Origin: Candidatus Magasanikiibacteriota bacterium
GTDB taxonomy: Bacteria > Patescibacteriota > Patescibacteriia > Magasanikbacterales > UBA922
DNA length: 64,000 nt
Direction: 5' to 3'
Assembly: GCA_018651085.1 (NCBI GenBank)
Contig: JABIEQ010000002.1
Location: 87,783 to 151,782 of the forward strand
The position numbers and the translations under genes are program-made. The notes beneath the pieces are model-generated. The model did not search any database. It saw nothing but the letters and a program-made list of their open reading frames with translations, and had not been told where the DNA came from. Of this stretch, positions 38,926 to 48,860 are shown piece after piece. Numbering within the stretch: the stretch's first letter is position 1; every line of letters begins with the position of its first letter.

Positions 38926-40368
38926 ATGCTTTTTAGTTCCCTTCCATTTTTATTTCTCTTTTTACCAATATTTTTATTGGCATATTATCTATTGCCAAGA
39001 TCTTTAAGAAATATAGTGGTCCTTGTCTTTAGTTACCTTTTTTATGCGTGGGGTGCGCCTATGTTTGTACTGGTTCTTTTTGGTACAACGATTATCGACT
39101 ATGTGCTTGGTCGATTGATTGCAAGATATGCTACAAAAGGGAATGTCTCTCGATTATTTCTATGGATTTCTTTATTATCTAATGTAGGGTTATTGGTGTA
39201 TTTTAAGTATGCTAATTTTTTTGTAGGAGAGTTTCAGGTGCTTCTTAGTTCATTTGGTTTTTCTTCGTCGTCTTTTGTTGCCATTGCTCTTCCTATTGGA
39301 ATATCCTTTTTTACTTTTCAAAAAATTAGCTATATTGTTGACGTCTATCGTGGAACGACACCGCCAGCAAAAAAATTTACAGACTTTGCGTTATATATTG
39401 CATTATTTCCACAACTTATTGCTGGGCCGATTGTACGGTATCATGATATAGCTTCTCAAATAATTTCTCGGACACATTCATTTAAAAAGTTTTTTTCTGG
39501 ATTGTGGCGTTTTTCTATAGGGCTTGGTAAAAAAGTACTGATTGCTAATGAGTTATCTCAAATTGTTGATACTGTATTTGCGCTTCCTGTTGAAAGTATC
39601 CCTTTTACCTATGCATGGATAGCTATTCTTGCGTATGCTTTTCAGATTTATTTTGATTTTTCTGGATACTCTGATATGGCTATTGGGCTTTCTCGTATGA
39701 TTGGTTTTGATATTTTAGAAAACTTTCGGTTGCCATATATTTCTCGAACGATTACAGAGTTTTGGCGTCGTTGGCATATTTCGTTGTCTCGTTTCATGAG
39801 AGAATATTTGTATATTCCCCTTGGAGGAAATCGTGTGAGTGCTGTACGTATGTATGGTAATTTGTGGATTGTTTTTTTACTTAGTGGATTTTGGCATGGA
39901 GCAGCATGGACATTTGTTATTTGGGGTGCGTGGCATGGATTTTTTCTTATGTGTGATAAAATGTTTTTTAAAGCCTATGCAAAAAAGATTTCTGGTCTTA
40001 TTACTGTTCCATTAACGTTTTTTATTGTAAGTATGGGATGGGTATTTTTTCGTTCTGAAACGTTATCATATGCGTGGGGATTTTTTAATGCCTTATTTAA
40101 TGTATTTTCTATTGGCACGGTGTTTTCTGGTATAGCTTGGGGAGAATTTATTACCCATAGAGGTCTGTTTGTACTTGTCATTGCTTTATTGATTAGTTTT
40201 ATCCCTGCAATTGTTCCTTTGTCTAAAAAAGTTATTCAATGGATTTCTTGTATTTCCCCCATAAAAAAAGTAGCATTTCAGTCTGTGTGTATTGTGTTTC
40301 TTTTATTGGTATCTGTAATGGCTATAACAAACGATGCGTTTCATCCGTTTATCTATTTTAGATTTTAG
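38926..40368 (+). CDS. MBOAT-family membrane O-acyltransferase (AlgI/DltB/PatA-like)
   Basis: FWRRWHISLSRFMREYLYIPLGGNR and FLLSGFWHGAAW contain the MBOAT conserved His. Confidence 0.8.
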   Translation: MLFSSLPFLFLFLPIFLLAYYLLPRSLRNIVVLVFSYLFYAWGAPMFVLVLFGTTIIDYVLGRLIARYATKGNVSRLFLWISLLSNVGLLVYFKYANFFVGEFQVLLSSFGFSSSSFVAIALPIGISFFTFQKISYIVDVYRGTTPPAKKFTDFALYIALFPQLIAGPIVRYHDIASQIISRTHSFKKFFSGLWRFSIGLGKKVLIANELSQIVDTVFALPVESIPFTYAWIAILAYAFQIYFDFSGYSDMAIGLSRMIGFDILENFRLPYISRTITEFWRRWHISLSRFMREYLYIPLGGNRVSAVRMYGNLWIVFLLSGFWHGAAWTFVIWGAWHGFFLMCDKMFFKAYAKKISGLITVPLTFFIVSMGWVFFRSETLSYAWGFFNALFNVFSIGTVFSGIAWGEFITHRGLFVLVIALLISFIPAIVPLSKKVIQWISCISPIKKVAFQSVCIVFLLLVSVMAITNDAFHPFIYFRF

Positions 40369-40369
40369 T

Positions 40370-41518
40370 ATGCGACGGTTTTTTATATTCACAACTATAT
40401 TCTTTTTCCTTTTTCTTTTTGCTCCCGTATTGCAAGGGGTGTCTCATGTATTTCAAGAGTCATCTGTATCTGGAGTGGAATATATTCCGACGCGACCTAC
40501 CTTAACGTTGTCTTCTTTTAAAACAGGTGATTTCCAACGAGATTTTTCTGATTGGTTTTCGTATGTGATGGGGTTCCGGGGAGCATTGATTCGATCTGAT
40601 AATCAATTAAATTTTTCTTTGTTTTCTGATATTTCTTCACAAGCTGACACAAAGATTGTTTTAGGAAAACAGGACTTTTTATATGAGCAAGGCTATATTG
40701 ATGGTATACAACATATTGATCCGATTGACCCCTTGATATTAAAAGAACGGGTTTTAGCACTTCGTACATTTCAGGATGAACTTAATAAACGAGAAATTCC
40801 TTTTCTTTTGTTAATTAGTCCAAGTAAAGCAAGTGTCTATCCGGAGTTTATTCCTGATCGTTTTTTGTATACTGAAGCTGTTCAGACAAAAAATACCTAT
40901 GAACAGCTTGTTCCGCTTTTAGATACATATGGTATTCAGTATATTGATGGTCATGATTTTTTTGTAAGACAAAAAGAAACACAGCCCCATACGTTATTTT
41001 CTGCTGGTGGAACGCATTGGAATTATTATGGAGCACTTCTTTTTTTACAACATGTGTTTGATGTTCTTGAGATACATATAGATAAAGATTTACCAGAGCT
41101 TATCTTAGACGATGTTGTTGTTGATACGGATTCATATGCTGCTGATAGAGATCTTTTGGAGCTTATAAATGTTTGGGATACTAGTCCACTTGATTCGTTA
41201 ACACCACATCCGTTGTATCATAGTGAGACAGAAGGGAAGTTTCTTGGTGATTTTCTCTTTGTTGGCGATAGTTTTAGTTGGATTCTTCTAGATATTCTTG
41301 ATGGAGCTCATATGTACAATTCTCGGGATTTCTATTATTATTTTAAGCAGCATGACACGTACCCAGAGAAAAGCTCGACTTCGATTAATCGAAGTAACAT
41401 TAATTGGGAAAAAGATGTCTTTTCTCGTGATGCGATTATTTTAGAGGTAAATGAGACGGCGCCACTTCCATTATGGTTTGGTTTTGTTGACGAAGCGCTT
41501 AATTATCTTGAACTGTAA
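40370..41518 (+). CDS. AlgJ/AlgX-like SGNH-type partner of MBOAT (extracytoplasmic O-acetyltransferase)
   Basis: N-terminal signal/TM; SAGGTHWNYYG motif; always adjacent to MBOAT in such systems. Confidence 0.5.
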   Translation: MRRFFIFTTIFFFLFLFAPVLQGVSHVFQESSVSGVEYIPTRPTLTLSSFKTGDFQRDFSDWFSYVMGFRGALIRSDNQLNFSLFSDISSQADTKIVLGKQDFLYEQGYIDGIQHIDPIDPLILKERVLALRTFQDELNKREIPFLLLISPSKASVYPEFIPDRFLYTEAVQTKNTYEQLVPLLDTYGIQYIDGHDFFVRQKETQPHTLFSAGGTHWNYYGALLFLQHVFDVLEIHIDKDLPELILDDVVVDTDSYAADRDLLELINVWDTSPLDSLTPHPLYHSETEGKFLGDFLFVGDSFSWILLDILDGAHMYNSRDFYYYFKQHDTYPEKSSTSINRSNINWEKDVFSRDAIILEVNETAPLPLWFGFVDEALNYLEL

Positions 41519-41527
41519 TGTTTACAT

Positions 41528-43246
41528 ATGTTTTTTGATTTTCTGACCTACAATGATATTCAGCACATTATTGTTATTAAATTATGTTTTTTTCTGTTTT
41601 TAGGTTTATGTCTCTGGGGAATATATAAGCGATGCCGCGGATGGTGGTTTGTTTTTTTAGTAAGTATTTTTTCTTCTTTTACTTACCTTGTGTTTGTGAA
41701 TAATCTTGGTCTTCCGCTCTGGGGGTTAAAAGGTGATGAGATTACAATTACTGCTATGTATGAAATGATGGCGCATGGTGCAATGTTCCGTGATTTTGCC
41801 TATCCTAACTTACCAGCCTTCTATCCGCCGCTTTGGTTTTCTTTTTTTGGCCTTATTGGAAAGATTTTTTCTTGGAATGGAATTTTTATTGGTAAATTTG
41901 CAGCTGCAAGTACATTTTTATTGTTACCAGCAGTGTTTTATGCGCTGCAGGTATATTTTTGGGGTAAACAAAAGAGTGCAAGTCTTCCTGGTCCTGTAGC
42001 CTGGTTGTTTTCTTCTTTAGCGCTTTTTGTTGTTTTTGATTGGCATGTGGTGGTCTCTAAACCTTATGAAGTTGTGAGTGCTTGTTTGATTGTTCTTTGG
42101 ACGTTATTTTTCTTGTATGATTTGTGGCATAAAAAGATATCGCTTAAACGAGGACTCGTGTACAGTGTTACAGGTGGACTTCTGTTTATGGTATTTTATT
42201 TTTGGTTTTTTCTTGTAGCACTTGGTATTACTTTTTTTCATTTGTTATATAAACGTGTTTCGTTACGTAAATACGTTTCTTTATGTATTGTTGGTTTAGG
42301 GATTTTGTTGGTATCAGCTCCTTTTTGGTATCCTTTATTTGAAAGTTATAGAGTGTTAGGATCAGAAAATTGGACGCTTGGGTATTTTCTTCTTTCTGGT
42401 GTTGCAACGCATGGTCCGTTATTAACGTATTCCATTTCTTCGTTGGTTCTTTTGTTTGGATTAGTCTCTCTTATAGTGTACAGGAAACATTTTGTGCCGC
42501 GTATTCTTTTGAGTTTATTTGTTGCACAGTATGTGTGGCATATTATGGGACTTGTCACGCTTTTAGTATTGTCGTATCCAATGCAAGAAGCAAAGGGAGT
42601 CTATTATTTTCATCGAGTGGTTCTTTTGTTGGGAGCAGCTTATGGGGTTGAGCGATTATGGATATACTGTAAAAAAAGATTTTCATATAAGCATAAAGTT
42701 TGGACGCGTTCTGTTGTCCTTATTGGTGTGTGTGTATTATCTACGCAACTTTTTTTCGGGTTTACTGTTGACGATGTGCATCTACAAGAACGACGTTCTT
42801 TATCTCGATCTCTTGATAGTGATATGCAGGATCTCATATCATTTTTAGATGATACGAATGACACCGTTCATCGAGTGACTCTTCATTCAGGTATTTCTGA
42901 AATATCTGCATTTTTGCCAACCAACACCTTTATCTATTATAATGCCCATAACAGTCATCCTGCTGCACGGTTTTCTGAACGGCTATCTGTTGTTGATGCG
43001 CTGACAAGAATGACTGATCCTGAATCTTTTTTTGAGTTGACGCAACATAATGGAATAACTCCTATTACGCGATTTATCTTTTTTGCAGAAGAAGAGAAGG
43101 GATATCCACTATACTTTCATGTTGATGATTTTCCACACACTGCAAAAGAAGTAACTATGTATATTTCTCCATCGGTATTTTCTCCAGATTATTTTTCTGA
43201 AGTGTATCGATCAAAACGTTTTGTTGTATATGAATCAAACAAGTAA
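41528..43246 (+). CDS. Polytopic GT-C-like membrane protein, paralog B
   Basis: 572 aa; WGLKGDEITITAMY, NLPAFYPPLWFS, GITFFHLLYKRVSLRKY aligned with paralog A. Confidence 0.5.
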   Translation: MFFDFLTYNDIQHIIVIKLCFFLFLGLCLWGIYKRCRGWWFVFLVSIFSSFTYLVFVNNLGLPLWGLKGDEITITAMYEMMAHGAMFRDFAYPNLPAFYPPLWFSFFGLIGKIFSWNGIFIGKFAAASTFLLLPAVFYALQVYFWGKQKSASLPGPVAWLFSSLALFVVFDWHVVVSKPYEVVSACLIVLWTLFFLYDLWHKKISLKRGLVYSVTGGLLFMVFYFWFFLVALGITFFHLLYKRVSLRKYVSLCIVGLGILLVSAPFWYPLFESYRVLGSENWTLGYFLLSGVATHGPLLTYSISSLVLLFGLVSLIVYRKHFVPRILLSLFVAQYVWHIMGLVTLLVLSYPMQEAKGVYYFHRVVLLLGAAYGVERLWIYCKKRFSYKHKVWTRSVVLIGVCVLSTQLFFGFTVDDVHLQERRSLSRSLDSDMQDLISFLDDTNDTVHRVTLHSGISEISAFLPTNTFIYYNAHNSHPAARFSERLSVVDALTRMTDPESFFELTQHNGITPITRFIFFAEEEKGYPLYFHVDDFPHTAKEVTMYISPSVFSPDYFSEVYRSKRFVVYESNK

Positions 43247-43949
43247 TAATTCTATTGACCTTCAACTTGGGCAATTTGCAGGCCCTCTTGATCTTTTGTT
43301 ACACGTGTTACAAGAAAAAGAGCTCCATATTACGGAAGTCTCCCTTTCTTTGGTTACAGAGCAATATTTGGGGTATCTTGATGCCTTAGAAGATGATCAT
43401 AAGCATGAAGAATTAGCGGATTTTCTTGTTGTTGCTACAAAACTGCTTCTTATCAAAGCGCGGGCACTTTTGCCACATTTTTCCTTTCAGGAAGAAGAAG
43501 ACATGAATGAGCTTGAAGAACAGTTACGACGATATAAACGTTTTGTTGATGCAAGCAAAAAATTACATCAATTATGGCTGCATCCTCATCGTTCTTTGCC
43601 ACGTATTGAACCACCAAGAAAAGCGACGTCGTTTGTGTGGCCTACAAATGTGACTCTCGACCGTCTTCATGAACGTATGGTACAATTGGTTGAGCGTTTA
43701 TCTCCACCAAAGGCACTTCCAACGGCGACCATTGATCAGCGAGTGTCTATGAAGGACACCATTAATCGGATTCGTACGCTTCTTTCTTCTGAATCTCAAG
43801 TGATATTTCAAGAAGTAGTTGGAAAAACACAGAATAAAACAGCTCTTATTGTTGGGTTTATTGCTCTTTTAGAGCTTATGAAACAAAAAGAAGTGTTTTT
43901 ACATCAAGATCATACTTTTGGAGATATTGTTATTGAATCTGCATCATAA
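43230..43949 (+). CDS. scpA: Segregation and condensation protein A
   Basis: LQLGQFAGPLDLLLHVLQEKELHITEVSL. Confidence 0.8.
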   Translation: MNQTSNNSIDLQLGQFAGPLDLLLHVLQEKELHITEVSLSLVTEQYLGYLDALEDDHKHEELADFLVVATKLLLIKARALLPHFSFQEEEDMNELEEQLRRYKRFVDASKKLHQLWLHPHRSLPRIEPPRKATSFVWPTNVTLDRLHERMVQLVERLSPPKALPTATIDQRVSMKDTINRIRTLLSSESQVIFQEVVGKTQNKTALIVGFIALLELMKQKEVFLHQDHTFGDIVIESAS

Positions 43950-43955
43950 TTATTT

Positions 43956-44483
43956 ATGGATATTCTCTCTCACATTGAATCAATTTTATTTGTGGCATCA
44001 AAACCACTTCCTTTGACACGGATTGCAAAAGCTACAGGAAAGCAGGTAGGGGATATTTGTGAGGCTGTTGAAAATTTACGTCGTAAATGGAATCGAGATG
44101 ATTCAGGTATTCATATCCTTTTTGAAGCAGATCAAGTGCAAATGGTAACGAACCCTTTGTGTAGTGATGTTATTGAAGGGTTTGTAAAAGATGAAGTGGC
44201 GGGAGAGTTAACACGAGCACAACTTGAAACATTAACGGTTGTTGCGTATCAAGGTCCAGTGACTCGTCCTGAACTTGAACAAATTCGTGGGGTCAATTGT
44301 GCTATTATTTTACGAAATTTACTTATTCGTGGGTTGATTGAAGAAACAACGTCATCTGAACATATTCTTCCTGTGTATACATTATCTATTCTTTCTTTAC
44401 GTCATCTTGGTATCAGTGCTGCAACGGATCTTCCTGGATTTACTGAATTACGAAACCATGATCATATTTTAGCTTCTTCATAA
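43956..44483 (+). CDS. scpB: Segregation and condensation protein B
   Basis: IESILFVASKPLPLTRIAKATG winged helix. Confidence 0.8.
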   Translation: MDILSHIESILFVASKPLPLTRIAKATGKQVGDICEAVENLRRKWNRDDSGIHILFEADQVQMVTNPLCSDVIEGFVKDEVAGELTRAQLETLTVVAYQGPVTRPELEQIRGVNCAIILRNLLIRGLIEETTSSEHILPVYTLSILSLRHLGISAATDLPGFTELRNHDHILASS

Positions 44484-44484
44484 T

Positions 44485-45516
44485 ATGGAACCTATTAATT
44501 TTCTTCCTCCAGCGCCTCTTGAACCTCACGTGCGTACTCGTCGGTACGCTTTTTTTGGTGTTGTTTGTCTTTTTTTGTTTGTCGGTATTGGTCTTGTTGT
44601 TATGAAGCCTTCTTCTCCTGAATCTCAAGAAGTTTCTGAAGTTGTTGCTGTTGTACCCAACATTAGTGCTGTGAGTGATGTGGTTGGAGGGGATATTCAT
44701 GTTCCTCCTCCATCACCTGTTGTCGCGTTACCAGTTCTTGAAGGTACGTTACCTTCTGTCACTGATTTTACGGCAACTCACATGGTTGTTAAAGATCATA
44801 AAACAGGGGTTGTTTTATTTGAAAAGGATCCGTACACTGAATGGCCACTTGCGAGTATTACAAAGCTTATGAGTGCGCTTGTTCTTCTTGAAAGACCACT
44901 TGATATGACAAGTTCTACTGCTGTCGTGTCTGACGCTCTTATTGATACGCATATGTACGCAGGGGACACGTATACACTTGAAGAATTGTGGCAAGCAGCA
45001 CTTATTGGTTCATCAAATAAGGCTATTGTGACGCTTGTTGACGTGAGTGGTTGGCAGCGTGAAACATTTGTGGAGCGAATGAATCAAAAAGCGTTAGAGC
45101 TTGGAATGGGGGATACGCATTTTGTTGAACCCACAGGGCTTGATGCTAAAAACACGTCGACCGCTGTTGATGTGAGTATTTTATTGTCTGAAGCATTACG
45201 TTATGATGATATCCGTGATATTGTCCTTTCTCGTGAACTGACATTGTATTCGTTTGAACGAGAAAATGAACATCACTTGTGGAATACTAATTGGCTTCTT
45301 TTGGGGTGGATTCCATATGATGGGTTTATTCTTCGAGGAGCAAAAACTGGGTATATTCCGCGTTCACGGTATAATTTTACCGTGCAAGTTGAAGATACTG
45401 ACGGACACATTATTGATGTTGTTGTTTTAGGTGCAGAAGCACATGAAGCCCGATTTACAGAAGCAAGAGACATTGCTAAGGCGGTATTTGAGGCGTATCG
45501 TTGGCCTTCTTCATAA
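44485..45516 (+). CDS. D-alanyl-D-alanine carboxypeptidase (PBP5/6-type, peptidase S11), membrane anchored
   Basis: SITK (SxxK), SSN (SxN) and KTG motifs in order. Confidence 0.75.
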   Translation: MEPINFLPPAPLEPHVRTRRYAFFGVVCLFLFVGIGLVVMKPSSPESQEVSEVVAVVPNISAVSDVVGGDIHVPPPSPVVALPVLEGTLPSVTDFTATHMVVKDHKTGVVLFEKDPYTEWPLASITKLMSALVLLERPLDMTSSTAVVSDALIDTHMYAGDTYTLEELWQAALIGSSNKAIVTLVDVSGWQRETFVERMNQKALELGMGDTHFVEPTGLDAKNTSTAVDVSILLSEALRYDDIRDIVLSRELTLYSFERENEHHLWNTNWLLLGWIPYDGFILRGAKTGYIPRSRYNFTVQVEDTDGHIIDVVVLGAEAHEARFTEARDIAKAVFEAYRWPSS

Positions 45517-45527
45517 TTGATGAGTAT

Positions 45528-46091
45528 ATGCTGAAAAAATATAAAAAACATATATTTCGCCTTGTTGGGCTCGTCTTGTTGTTTTTTTTATTTGTCGTAA
45601 TTAATCAATCCCTAGTTGAAATTGATTTTATTCGTGATGTGGCACAAGATTCAGGGTACATTGGTATTTTTCTTCTTTCGGCATTAAGTGGATTTAATAT
45701 TTTAGTGCCGGTTCCAATTATTGGTTTTTTTCCTTTTTTTACAGAGATTGGTCTTCATCCTGTGTATGTGATTCTTATTATTTCAGTAGGGATGAGTTGT
45801 GGAGATACATTGGGGTTTCTTATTGGTCGATTTACAAAAACAGTAATGACTGATAAATCTCATACGTTTATGCGTCGTATTGAAAAACTGCGAGAGAAAA
45901 ATATTTGGTTACTGAGTACCTTTTTGTTTTTATATGCCTCTGTTGTGCCTTTGCCTAATGAATTGGTCGTTATCCCCGCATCTTTTTTAGGGATACGGTT
46001 TTTTCGAGTGATGATTCCTGTATTTTTTGGAAATTTAACCTTTAATATTCTTGCGGCTTTTGGGCTGTTTCATATTTTTCAATTGTTTTAG
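45528..46091 (+). CDS. DedA/VTT-domain membrane protein
   Basis: multi-TM; GxxxSCGDTLGFLIGR-like VTT motif. Confidence 0.45.
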   Translation: MLKKYKKHIFRLVGLVLLFFLFVVINQSLVEIDFIRDVAQDSGYIGIFLLSALSGFNILVPVPIIGFFPFFTEIGLHPVYVILIISVGMSCGDTLGFLIGRFTKTVMTDKSHTFMRRIEKLREKNIWLLSTFLFLYASVVPLPNELVVIPASFLGIRFFRVMIPVFFGNLTFNILAAFGLFHIFQLF

Positions 46092-46094
46092 TTT

Positions 46095-46601
46095 ATGGAT
46101 TTTTTCTCTCCCTTATCTCTTGTTGCGTCTTTTCCCCCTGAACTAGGTGTCTTTTTGCTTTCCATGCTTCCTATTACAGAACTTCGTGCATCAATCCCAA
46201 TTGGGATTGAAGTGTATGGGTTGCCCGTTATTGAAACCTGGGTTATTGCTGTCGTTGGAAATATTTTACCTACTATTTTTATATTATTACTTTTTCCTAA
46301 AATGCATGAATGGTTAATTCGTCAACGATTTTTAGGAGATGTCGTGAAGAAAAAAATGCAAGCAGCTTCAGAAAAATTTTCTGGAAGATATGCAAAATAT
46401 GGAGCAATTGCTTTAATTTTATTTGTGGGGCTTCCGTTACCTTTTACTGGAGCTTGGACAGGTTCTTTAGCGGCTTTTATTTTTGACATTCCTTTTAAAA
46501 AATCACTTCCCCTTATTTCTATTGGTGTGTGTATTGCCGCTACCATTGTCACACTCATTACTGTCTTTGCAGGAGGAACATTGCGTTGGTTTTTAGGTTA
46601 A
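46095..46601 (+). CDS. Small multi-TM protein, COG2426/putative small multidrug-export-like
   Basis: 168 aa; LPITELRASIPIGIE motif. Confidence 0.35.
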   Translation: MDFFSPLSLVASFPPELGVFLLSMLPITELRASIPIGIEVYGLPVIETWVIAVVGNILPTIFILLLFPKMHEWLIRQRFLGDVVKKKMQAASEKFSGRYAKYGAIALILFVGLPLPFTGAWTGSLAAFIFDIPFKKSLPLISIGVCIAATIVTLITVFAGGTLRWFLG

Positions 46602-46615
46602 TATATATACAAAAT

Positions 46616-46645
46616 AAAAACAGGTACATGTGTACCTGTTTTTTT
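46616..46645. terminator. Bidirectional terminator between the membrane-protein gene (plus) and tRNA-Leu (minus)
   Basis: aaaaa-caggtacatgtgtacctg-ttttttt perfect palindromic stem. Confidence 0.6.
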
Positions 46646-46646
46646 G

Positions 46647-46730
46647 TAGGCGAGGAGGGACTTGAACCCTCATGATGTCGCCATCGCTGGATTTTGAATC
46701 CAGTGCGTCTACCAATTCCGCCACCCGCCC
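46647..46730 (-). tRNA. tRNA-Leu (CAA), long variable arm
   Basis: reverse complement GGGCGGGTGGCGGAATTGGTAGACGC...CTGGATTCAAAATCCAG...GAGGGTTCAAGTCCCTCCTCGCCT; anticodon loop TTCAAAA. Confidence 0.8.
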
Positions 46731-46806
46731 AAAGTAAGATGTCCCTAAGTATAGGGCTTTTTGGTGTTTTTGTCAATGATATAGTATACTATGTGTATTA
46801 TTTTCT

Positions 46807-47577
46807 ATGTCAAAAATCATTGCTGTTGTGAATCAGAAAGGTGGTGTTGGAAAAACAACAACCACTATGAACTTAGCTGCATATCTTGCTGAACTCGGTA
46901 AATTTGTGCTTGTTGTTGACATGGATCCTCAAGGAAATGCGACGAGCGGTCTTGGTATTTCTCGAGCTGACCTTGCTCATGGTATATATGAAGCACTAGC
47001 GAAGCAGAAACGTATTCATGATGTTGTTATTAATACGAATCATGAAGGGTTGCGATTGGTTCCTGCAACACAAGATTTAGCGGGAGCAAACATTGAGCTT
47101 GTTGACGTGGAACGACGTGAGTTTCAGCTTGGTGACTTGTTAGAAGAACTTCGTCATGCATATGATTATATTTTAATTGATTGTCCACCGTCATTAGGGT
47201 TGTTAACGATTAATAGTTTAGTAGCAGCTGATGAGATTCTTATCCCTGTGCAAGCTGAATATTATGCGCTTGAGGGACTTGGGCAATTATTACAAACCAT
47301 TGGTCTTGTAAAAGAGCACATAAAGCCTGAAATTTCAGTGCTTGGCGCTGTGCTTACCATGTTTGATAAGCGAACAAAATTAGCAGGTGACGTTATGGAA
47401 GAATTGTATAAGTATTTTCCTGATAATATTTTTAGAAGTGTTATTCCTCGAAATGTTCGGTTGGCTGAAGCACCTAGTTTTGGGAAATCTATTTTTCATT
47501 ATGATCCAAAAGGTAAAGGGGCTCGTGCGTATGAGCGTCTTGCTCGCGAAATTTTAGAAAAACATAGCGTTATTTAA
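46807..47577 (+). CDS. parA: Chromosome partitioning ATPase ParA/Soj
   Basis: KIIAVVNQKGGVGKTTT deviant Walker A. Confidence 0.93.
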   Translation: MSKIIAVVNQKGGVGKTTTTMNLAAYLAELGKFVLVVDMDPQGNATSGLGISRADLAHGIYEALAKQKRIHDVVINTNHEGLRLVPATQDLAGANIELVDVERREFQLGDLLEELRHAYDYILIDCPPSLGLLTINSLVAADEILIPVQAEYYALEGLGQLLQTIGLVKEHIKPEISVLGAVLTMFDKRTKLAGDVMEELYKYFPDNIFRSVIPRNVRLAEAPSFGKSIFHYDPKGKGARAYERLAREILEKHSVI

Positions 47578-47585
47578 TTATATTT

Positions 47586-48455
47586 ATGGCATTAGGTAAG
47601 GGGCTTGGGTCACTCATCCCACAACATAAAACAAAACGAAAGGTACTTAGACGTGAAACAAGTGGAGCAAGTGATGTTCCTGATGGTGTTCGGGTTATTG
47701 ATATTCCGTTAACTGAGATTGTTCCAAATTCAGAACAACCTCGAAAACACTTTGATCATCATGATTTAGAAAGTTTGGTTGCGTCGATTAAAAAACATGG
47801 TATTTTGCAGCCGGTTACTGTAACAGAAAAGTCTGATGGGAGTTATGAGCTTATTGCTGGGGAGCGTCGTTTTAGATCTTCTCAAATTGCTGGGTTAGTC
47901 ACTATTCCTGCTATTGTTCGTTCTGTTACTGATCAAGAAAAATTAGAGCTTGCTTTAATTGAAAATATTCAGCGTCAGCAACTTAACTCTATTGAAGAAG
48001 CTTTTGCGTATAGACGGTTAATGGATGCATTTGGTCTTACGCAACAACAAGTAGCTGATCAAGTTGGTAAAAAGCGTCCAACAGTTGCTAATACTGTTCG
48101 TTTGCTTGATTTACCGTCAGTTGTGCAAAAAGCATTAATTGATGGGCAAATTAGTGCAGGGAAAGCGAGAGCTCTTTTGAGTCTAAAGGACGAAAAGGAA
48201 CAGTTAGCTATGTTTAAGAGCATGATAGGTGAATCAATGACTGTTCGTGAGGTTGAACAAGTTGTTGCAAGAAAAGGACCAATGTCACGAAAAGGATCTG
48301 TGCGGCGAGATCCAAATCTATTAGCGCAAGAACAGCTTATTGAAGAAAGACTTGGGACGAAAGTACATATTACGAAAAAAGGGGAAAAAGGAAAGATTGA
48401 AATTGAATATTATTCAAAAGAAGAATTAAAACGGTTGATTTCTGAATTGTCTTAA
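47586..48455 (+). CDS. parB: Chromosome partitioning protein ParB/Spo0J
   Basis: GERRFRSS ParB box, HTH. Confidence 0.92.
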   Translation: MALGKGLGSLIPQHKTKRKVLRRETSGASDVPDGVRVIDIPLTEIVPNSEQPRKHFDHHDLESLVASIKKHGILQPVTVTEKSDGSYELIAGERRFRSSQIAGLVTIPAIVRSVTDQEKLELALIENIQRQQLNSIEEAFAYRRLMDAFGLTQQQVADQVGKKRPTVANTVRLLDLPSVVQKALIDGQISAGKARALLSLKDEKEQLAMFKSMIGESMTVREVEQVVARKGPMSRKGSVRRDPNLLAQEQLIEERLGTKVHITKKGEKGKIEIEYYSKEELKRLISELS

Positions 48456-48469
48456 TCAGATATGATAAA

Positions 48470-48504
48470 TAAAAAAACAACAGATGTATTTCTGTTGTTT
48501 TTTA
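48470..48504. terminator. Bidirectional terminator between parB (plus) and tRNA-Ser (minus)
   Basis: aaaaaaa-caacaga-tgtatt-tctgttg-ttttt. Confidence 0.55.
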
Positions 48505-48506
48505 TG

Positions 48507-48593
48507 CGGAGAGACAGGGATTCGAACCCTGGGAAGGCGTTAACCCTCAACGGTTTTCAAGACCGCCGCCTTAAACCGCTCAGCCATCTCTCC
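48507..48593 (-). tRNA. tRNA-Ser (TGA), long variable arm
   Basis: reverse complement GGAGAGATGGCTGAGCGG...CGGTCTTGAAAACCG...GGGTTCGAATCCCTGTCTCTCCG. Confidence 0.8.
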
Positions 48594-48614
48594 ATGACCT
48601 TTTTGATAAAGGTG

Positions 48615-48702
48615 CGGAAGGGGCGGGATTCGAACCCGCGGTCCGGGAGTACCGGACAACACGTTAGCAGTGTGCCGCTTTCGACCACTCAGCCACCCTT
48701 CC
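48615..48702 (-). tRNA. tRNA-Ser (GCT), long variable arm (one mismatch at the base of the anticodon stem)
   Basis: reverse complement GGAAGGGTGGCTGAGTGGTCGAAAGC...CTGCTAA...GCGGGTTCGAATCCCGCCCCTTCCG. Confidence 0.65.
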
Positions 48703-48860
48703 ATAAGTTGGTATGAACGGGGTCTATTGTAGTCGTTTTGTCTGTTTTTGTCAATATATTTTTGTTGTGGAGAAAAATGTGCTATACTCAATCATATCTA
48801 TTACATTTTTTAATCCTCATTAGCATGTCTGTCGAGTGTTAATGATTTCAGGGAGAGTCT

